Assembly: GCA_963977445.1 (NCBI GenBank)
Contig: CAXBPH010000036.1
Location: 1-37,317, forward strand
DNA from: an uncultured bacterium
Lineage (GTDB): Bacteria > Hydrogenedentota > Hydrogenedentia > Hydrogenedentales > JAEUWI01
Reading direction: 5' to 3'
Length of the DNA stretch: 37,317 nt
Position 1 is the stretch's first letter; each line of letters starts with the position of its first letter. Positions 1 to 9,000 of the stretch are shown one piece after another. The notes under the pieces are model-generated. The model was given only the letters and a program-made list of their open reading frames with translations. It was not told the DNA's origin and searched no databases. The position numbers and the translations under genes are program-made.

Positions 1-60
1 CTTCACCCTCGCCTTCACCCTCGCCTTCACCCTCGCCTTCACCCTCGCCTTCACCCTCGC
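1..60 (-). repeat. 5 x 12-bp tandem repeat (CTTCACCCTCGC on +) encoding a Glu-Gly (EGEG) linker
   Basis: Five exact copies read directly, in frame with the giant ORF; probably continues beyond the edge. Confidence 0.95.
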
Positions 61-3000
61 CCGAATTTACAGGGGACAATAATACCCGCGTAGCGACCAG
101 CCCGGAATCAAGAACATGTACGGTAACGTCATTCTCTAAGTGGGCGTCGGAAGTTGTGACAATACGCTGATTTCCAATTTCCACGTCATTGAGAATAAAT
201 AGTTTTGACTCGCTATCACGTACACCCATTTGCCCAGACGCTTCAATACGAACTATCGGATTTGACGCATCTAAGACATCCGATGACAATCGCCCGTCCC
301 AAAGCTGCACCACTACGGCTGGGAGTTCTACTCGCTCGGCAATAAATGGTTCAACGGCGACGCCGCCGATTATGTTCGCTTCAATATCACCTATGAATGC
401 ACTCCCCCAATCGTTGTAAGGAGCGTCGACAGAAATGGAACTCTCGTTCCGGACAAATCTGCCCGCTACATTCCGAAATCTATTGGCACCGGCGACGTCC
501 AGATCTTCGAAAGACCCAAGTATTGGTCCCAAACCCGCGCTCTTAGTATTGCCGCTCGGGCGAACAACTATGGCATCGCCATCCATATCTCGGAATGTTG
601 TCGTACTGATCCAGATGGAAGCGCCACCAGTTTCGATTGCTGTAAGGAAGCTTTCAATCACACTGGACGTCAAATAGACGGGCCCTTCAAGTCCGAGGTC
701 CACATAAAGTCCAGTCTGGCTCATGTTGCTACCCGTCACTACACAATCCAGAATTGTTACGTTGTCTCCGGCGATTCGAATTCCGGGGGCCTTTCCATTC
801 GCGACTATACTAAGATTCTTAAGCTGAGTTTCAGCCTCCATCGTGACTACGGCGGACCCTGTAGCGTCGTTCCCCCCTTGACTGACCGGGGAGAGTATTC
901 GGCTTATTTCACCATCGGAACCCACAAGTTCGACGTAATTGGCCACCACGACGTTCTCTTTGAAATCCCCGCCCAAGAGGACGATTGTCATTGGATAGGC
1001 TTCTGAGACAATGCGTTTCGCGCGACTCATCGCGAAGTAAATGGAGCCCAAGGGGTCTTCATAGGTGCCCGATCCAAAAAAATCACTTCCGTCGGGCGAG
1101 ACATAGAGAGCCAGAGGCGGGTCAAGTGGGTCACAGGGATTTGTACCCATCTCATATTCCCGAAGATTTGTATGAGAATCTGAGTCATGGTCCAGGTGCC
1201 CATCGGCAACTGTCGGCAGGAGACAGGCGTCCGCCTCCCATCCGTCTGGGAGCCCGTCGCCATCACTATCTGGGTCCCCGGGATCCGTGCCCAGCGCCGA
1301 CTCACGTCGGTTGCTAAGCTGATCCTGATCTGGGTCAGCATCAGCGAGACCTTCGTCACGATAGGGATCAAATCCATAGGTATGCTCAAAACGATCCGAC
1401 AACTGATCATTATCGCTGTCCCCATCTTCATAGTTGGGCAGACCATCGTTGTCGTAGTCGGCCACACCTTCTTCACTATCCAATAGGCCATCCCCATCCA
1501 GGTCATTTGAGGGATCATAGTAGATTTGAATCGTGGCCGATGGGGAGGTGGCCCCACCAGCAATTAAGGAATCGAAAGTGAATACATTAACACCGGGAAG
1601 AAGCGTAGCATCCAACGACCACGTACTCGTCGCCTGCGAAAAGTTCACCGGCGTTCCACCCAGTCGTACCGAAGTCGCATCGGCCGCTGCATAGCCCCAG
1701 ATTGGGAAAGGCGAAATTCCGATGCGAAAATCCACGCCACCATTCGTCACAATGCGCGGCGCAGCCCCTGAGGTAACGTAGCCGGTTCCGGACACGTTAA
1801 CGCCAATGATCGGTTGAAGCGGATCGTTGCTCGATATCAGCAACTTGACCAGCCGGGCACCCACCTTATCCGGGTCAAACACGACCGGTAGAATGCGGGT
1901 CGCGCCCGGTGCTAGCGGCTCACGCGACACGGCAGCAGAGAACCCGAATACCTCGGAGCCCTTGCCCTCAAAACTGAAGGCCGGATCACGGAAGAGCACG
2001 GGTTCTGTCCCCGAATTTGTCAGCGTTAACTCCTGCGGGGGCGTCGGACCGCCATCGATGGATTGAGCGCCAAGCAACAGCGAAGCGGGGGAAACCTCCA
2101 AATCAGGTCCTTCAATTTCATCAAAGGTGACGGTATAGCTGCCGGTACCATCAAAGTCCAGCAGATGGAAACGGTGTTGTGGCTCGGCGGACTCCCCAGC
2201 AGGGCGGTAGACACGGTGGGTAGTCCACGCGTTCTCACCCACCCGAATTTCCTTGCCATCCGATCGCGTCACGCGGCTTACGCGATAGTCCCCGCCAGTT
2301 GGATCCTCAATGCGGAGGTAAGTCCATCCTGCCGGCATGGCCGCAGTGAGCGAAAAGGTCTTAGAATCCGCCTTCATGGCCGAGGCGAAAACCCCCGACT
2401 CCACGGAGCGTACCAATGCTAACGAGCCATCACTTCCATAGAGTAGGTCGGGAAGGTCATTAAACACAAAGGTCTCATTGGCGAGGAAGTCCGGTTTCCC
2501 GTCGTCGCTGGGAACGTCAATTCTTACGGTATGCGCCAACTCGTGGATTCCCAAACTCTCAATACTCGACAATCGCGAGTCACCCAGCGGGCCTTTGTAC
2601 GCGTAAGAGGCGTCATACTCCACAAATCGACCTTGCAGTGAAGAAGTTAAGAACCATTGAACTACGGTGCTCGCGTCTGGAGCGAGATCACCCAAGGCCA
2701 CGGAAAGCGCCGGCGTCGCCGCCTCATCGTTGACCTGAGAGCCAATCAGTGCGAAGTCGATGACTAAACCCCGCTTGTTCTCAATTATTCGTGGCTGGCT
2801 CGACTTGACGCTCAGGTTGCTTGCAAGACCTGCCCCATTATTTTTCACCAGCAGACCAACGGTGAAGGGCAAACTGGGTTCAACAATCTCTGTAAACGGG
2901 TCGTCGCCGTAAACGTCCCTTTCCCAAAAATAATCAAGTGCCAACCTCGGGCTGGGTCGTACCGTAATTGGCGTCGATGACAGCGGAGCCAGCTCGGTGC

Positions 3001-6000
3001 GATCACCATGAACAAATGAAATTATACCGCTGACGTAGTAGACTTCGGGGCCTTCGGCCGCTGCCTCGGGAAGTGGCATTATCAGCCACTCTGCGGATCC
3101 CGACGTCGCGGGCGCGAGGGTACCACTGCCATCGGTTGCGGTAATTCCCTGGAGCTCCGGGAACCCGATGACAAACCGGTCGTTGGCAGACAAGCCGTCT
3201 TCATCCACAACGTCGACACTGACAAGCAACATCTCGACGGCGGTCACTCCATCAGGATTTTCCATGGCAATACGAGCCGTAAAGGCCTGCCGCGTAAGGG
3301 CAACTTCCTGTTCGAGCTGGAGCCGCACAAAAACGCAGGCGCCTTCCTCTTCCCCGCTCTTCTGTGACGTCTTGGGCGACATCTTATATTGCGATACTGA
3401 TGTTGGGAGGCCCGATAGCACATATTCATCCAGATCTATACGCTGATAGGCGCCACCCTTATCGCCACCCAGCTTGATAGTCGCGCCAGGTATAGGACAC
3501 CATTTTTCGGGCATTCCGAGTACGATCTCTTTCCCATTTAAGGAACCCTTCAGAGAGGCGTTAACGCAAAGTCCGTCGGAAGTTATTTCTCCGCTCCCTT
3601 TCCCGTTGGCATAAGAATAGCTCGCGCCAAGACCCAGTACGGCCGAACCGTCGAGTGCAAGTTGACCATTAAATATCGTTTGTCCGAGCAAGGTCGCCGT
3701 GATTCCGGCTTCGCCCCACACGCCGGATCGCGCTTCGTAATGACCGGACACCATCGCGCTAAAAGAGGGCTCCCCTGTACAGCCCGACTCCAAGCGTCCC
3801 GAAACCCCGATATTTCCCGTGGTCTTCAGTCCTGCAAGCGTAGCCGAACCCGAATTAATCTTTACGGAGGCATTTCCGGAATAGTCGCCAAAGGTCGATG
3901 CCGGTAGGGTCCAGGAAAATTGGGGAAGACTGAACGATTTGCCGCCAAGTATGACCGATGCCTCTATTTCACCATCCCCCTGCGCCACCAACTGGTATCC
4001 AGAGCCGCCCGGCTCACAGCATTCCTCAATGCATCCCTCGAGACTGGCGGACACATCGAACTCCACAATGCCAGCTCCGAGGGTATTCAGGGCCTCCTGA
4101 GCGGGTGCCACGACGCCTTCGAGAAGACCGGAAAAGTCCCGGCAGAATTTTAACGGATTTTCGGGGTCACACGGATCGCATTTCAGCCCACCTGATACGG
4201 CGGGTCGTGGACCAAAGACGGCACCCGGCCCCGTGTTCGCCGTCGGGCATGTGCCATAGAAGCTGCACCCGCCTAAACCGCCTTGGCCGCCGGGACAGTT
4301 GTATCCAATATTGTGAATTGGAATAGGTACCGCATAATTGCGGTCGACGCCACAAAATACCGTGTGAGTTACCCGTGCTCCAAGGTCACAGAGACCACCT
4401 CCGCCCCCTTTGTTCTGAGAGTCCCCGCTTTCAACTCGTGTAATGACTACGGGAACAACGACGGTAGTCAAGGCTGTGAGCGTACCGAGATTCTCAACTA
4501 CTGGGACGATTTTCCAGACGGGGTGGTCATCAAAAATCATTGCTACGTTATCGACATTGATGAGTCCGTGATTGGTAATTTCAAAGTCGATCACCGTGAC
4601 GTCCTGATCGATCTGGGAAAGGTCGATCAACGGCGGATCGACGGTAACCACCGGGAAAGGCACATGGGTTTCAAACCCAACGTCCAACGTCACAAGATTT
4701 ATTTCATTCACCGTCGTTTCCCGTACATCCCAGGTGTAGGTGACGGTTTCCTTGGGAATAAACGCATCGAACTCTGTCGTTGTCCCGGGTTCGATATGAA
4801 CCAATTCGGTCGTTGACTGGGACCCGGGAGCCCCGGCGCGTAGGAGATAGTCCCCAGACGGTATATCCGTAAAACGGGCCGTTCCGGGAGCCAGATCATT
4901 GTCGGCCTTGGCAGCCGTTGCCGCGTTCTGTTCGTAGAGCACGGTCGCTTCGTCTGTGGGATCGAAAAGTTGCAGAAGCGCCCCTTCCACCAGTGGTCCA
5001 TCCGTACGATACTGCCCCTCTTCGCTCCAGTAAGTATGCTCGTCGGTGACTCGAACAAACAGGTCTCCCAGTTCTCCCGAGACCACCCTGAATTCGAAAT
5101 CTATATCACGAACGACTGTATCGTGATCGGTCAACCGCACCGCACCCTTGTATTCGCCAAGAAGCATTTCCGGACGCGGAGTAATAGCGAGGCTCACCGA
5201 AATAGATTCGCTAGGCGCTAACGGGGGAAGTTTTTTCGGTGTCACCAGAACAATCCAGGGAGGCAGCGAGGGGTCTCCGCCCGCCAATTGAACGGAAGGC
5301 AACAAGACATCGAGCGACCCGGTAGACGCGCCACCCGTATTGGTTACGGTGAATTCGGCAAAGGTCTGTGCTCCCCGAACCAAGCCACGGAGCAGTGCGC
5401 TTGGGGCGAAAGTCACTTCGGGAGCAGCAGATTGAACTTCCGCTTCCAGCCGAAACTCTGCTACCACATCTCCCGCAGTGGCCCGAATCAGCGTGGAGAG
5501 ATTCCGGTCGCTGTCATCGGCTACCGAGACCCGATAGTGAAAAACGCTAACATCATTGGCCGAAAGAGCCGTGGGCGGGTCGACGAATTTGACATTGAGC
5601 GAAGACGGTCCATCAATAGTCATAGCGATTTCGGTCACGGGCGCGTCGGAAAGATTCCGAAGGTAGAGTTCCCCCTCGGCAATAATGCCGGGTTTCAAAT
5701 GGACTTGCGCTTGGTTCGGGGCGAACGCCATTCCATAGAGGCGGAACGTGTCATCCACCCGCTCCTCGGTTACGCCCGGATGGTGCGCACTCACTTCGAA
5801 GACCCCGCCTTCTTTCGCTCCTGGCGTAAACACGGCAGAGAATTTTCCGTCACTTCCCGAATAGGCGGTCAACGTGCGGCGGGTCGAGATAACGCCTTGC
5901 TTAACGACGCGGATTTCCACGGGAACATGAGCTGCCGGACTGCCCCCGCTCCCTGGCAAAAAGGCGTCGCCCCGCAGCAATACAGGCGTGCCCGCGGGAG

Positions 6001-9000
6001 CTGATTCCACATCGGCACTGACCGTGGCGGTATACGGAGATGGCACGGAAAGTTGGAAGCTTGTCTGGTCGCTGCCCGCAACGTTCTCGGCCCGAATCGC
6101 TATTGTGTAACTATCGAGCACGGGGACGGCATTGGGCCACTGAATCACCCCGGTTGAGTTGTCAATCACCATGCCCGAGGGACCCGATACCAGGCTCCAG
6201 GCTAACGGTTGGGTACCACTGACGAGCGTCGGCGCACCGCTGGTATATGTTTCTCCTGCGGTCGCCGAAGCGTTGCCCATGGGAGCGATCTGGGGCGGTA
6301 TGGTCGTCGTGATCGCTATCGAACGCAATCCACTCGTGTTGTTCCCTTCGGTTTCCTCCTGGAGCACGTTTTCGCTATCCGCGACGACATAGAGCCAGTA
6401 GTTCCCCGCCGCGACATCAAGCGGGATAGTCACGGATTCAGCGCGTTCGTATGCGGATCCGATGGGAACCACGTCGGTACGCTGCCGGCTGTAGAGTGCA
6501 CGATCGCCACCAACGGTGGCGTCGTCGGATAGATATACAACATCGTTCCAGGCGGGCCGGGCCGTTGCGCTGCCAGTGTTGGTCACGGTCCAGGAAACCT
6601 GAACGGAGGCCCCCGTGCCAATCGACGCGGCGGCTCCTATTCCACTTGTAGTGAGATCGGGCCGCAAAATAGTCACGACACCGTCACTCGTAGCGCAGTT
6701 ATCCTGTTCCGTAACCTCATAGACGGAATCATCCGCGTCTATACACACCTCTACGGCGAACCTATCGTCTAATAGGGCGGGTATGACGGTAGTCGCTGTT
6801 TGTGGCAGGCTCGTCCCGGCTGCCAGTCCTTCATCAAAAACAGATTCGGAAAGAAGTGTTCTCTCCTCAGATCCCTCAACTACGGCATAAATACGCGTAT
6901 TCCAAGCCACGGTGGCAGGTGCGTCACCATCGTTGATGAGATCCCATGCGACAATAAATTCACCATCTACGGGTCCCTCGCTGGTTGTCTCGATGGACGT
7001 CACTCTCAGGTTGGGTAGTTGGGGCTGTTGTATATGCACCAGCGAAGCAGTAACATTATTACGCTCTTCCCCTTCCAAGAGTTCCTTCTCGCCGTCGGCT
7101 TCTACCAGAAAGTAGGCGTCGCCCGGGGGGTAATTGATGGGGACTTCGGTTAGTCTGGATAGATCATAGCTCGCCCCAGACGCTAGCGGAATCTCAAGTG
7201 CCGCCTCCACGTCTAGAAGATGGTCATTCTCATCAAGTCGTTCATCGTTGGAGAGATAGATCCGGTCGCTCCAGGGGCCAGGCGCAGATTCGATCCCATA
7301 ATTGCGAACGGTCCATGCCACCAGAATTTCACTGCCCGCCGGGAAAGAATCTTCCATTTGTATAGATTCGACCACCAGGTCTGCGATGGCATAGCTTATC
7401 GGTGTGGAGAAACACAAATTGTCGAGCGCCGCCGTATCGGTCCCCTGTCCCAGGTTAAAGACAATACGATTCATCTTTGGGTGGTCGAATTCAGCAAATT
7501 CTTGGGAAGCGCCGCCGAGGTGGAAGTTTCGGATCTCAAGTACGTCACCGATACTGTTATATACCGTGGCCGTGGCCCCCGTCTCTTCCGCATCAATGAC
7601 GTAGCAGGAGAAATGGTCGGCTACGCCGTTGTTGGCGGTTCCCGGTTCTACAAAGCGCAATTCCACCACAACCTCTTCCACGGGGTCTACACGCGGATCG
7701 GCAAACACACGCGTTCCTGACACGGGGACGAATTCGCCCGGGCGCGTTTCCGTTACCTGTGGCTGCCCGCTTATAGTCGTCAGAATCAAGCCTTTGTCGG
7801 CAAGTTCGTCGGTCAGGACGGTCCCGTTTTCGAATTCGTCGAATTGCACCAAGGTGTCGCAGCCGGGTGCGGATTGAAACAAGTCGTCTTGCGCGATCAG
7901 CGATTCGCCCGCAGCCACGCGCCAGGCCAATTCCAGCCCGCTGTACCCGCTGGCGTTGGCGGCAAACAGCAGGTCCAAGGGATACAGCCCCTCCCCTTCG
8001 AAACGCATTTTGTGCCACGAATAGCTAAAGCCCCGGTCGCCGGTCATGCCCAGAAAATGATTCCCAACCTCAAGATAGTAGCCATCGTCCGAGCCAACAC
8101 CGATTTCCAAGTCGATTTCCGGTGTATCGAGGTCGGTATCCAGATCTTCCGTTATCCTGAGCAGCCCTTGGGACCGAAGGATAAATTGTTGCGGCTGAAG
8201 TTCCTGAACGGCATCGGGCGCTGTCGCTGTACTGGCAAAAAATTCGTTGAAACTGCTGGATATGGTCACCGTGCTTCCGGGGTTTGGGAAGTCAAGATAG
8301 GGTGCGAAAAAACTCCCGTCCGGCTCCCGGCCTTCCAGATTGTCGGGATGGGGCGCGACGCCGCCACCAATACCCAAGAAGATTTCCAGACCGATGCCAT
8401 CACCGCTAAAAGACGGTACGAGCGTCGTTACGGCATCGCTCGAACGCGTGAGCGCGGGAAGGATCTCGACAGGGCCGAAGGACATCCAATTATTCTGTTC
8501 GTCATCCTCTTTCACGGCGTATTCGGCATCGATTGCCAGGAGTATCCAATAGGTACCCGGAGCCAACGCTGGTAATACAACCTCGGCGGTTCCGGCGTAG
8601 GTTGTCAGTACGTCCAGCGGCGCTTCACCAAGCCGACAGGCCAGGGCGACATCGTTACCCAATACCGCGTCGGTGGAAAGGTAGAGACAGTCCATCCACG
8701 TTGCGGCCGCCACGCCATTGCCAACATTTCGGACCTCCCAATCGATGCTAATCGTATCGCCGATTCCACCCCGCTCGGGCGCGTCGAGAGAAATCACCTG
8801 CAGGTCTGGTTGGGGCTGATAAACCGAAAACTCGCGGGAGACGGCGTCCACATAGGGAATCTCGGAATCCGGGTCCCCCTTGTTCACCGAGAACTCCCGG
8901 GAAATGGCGTCTACCGACGGGATGACGGCGGTCGGGTCGCCACGGTTCACCGAGAACTCCCGGGAGATGGCGTCGACCGATGGGATGACAGCGGTCGGGT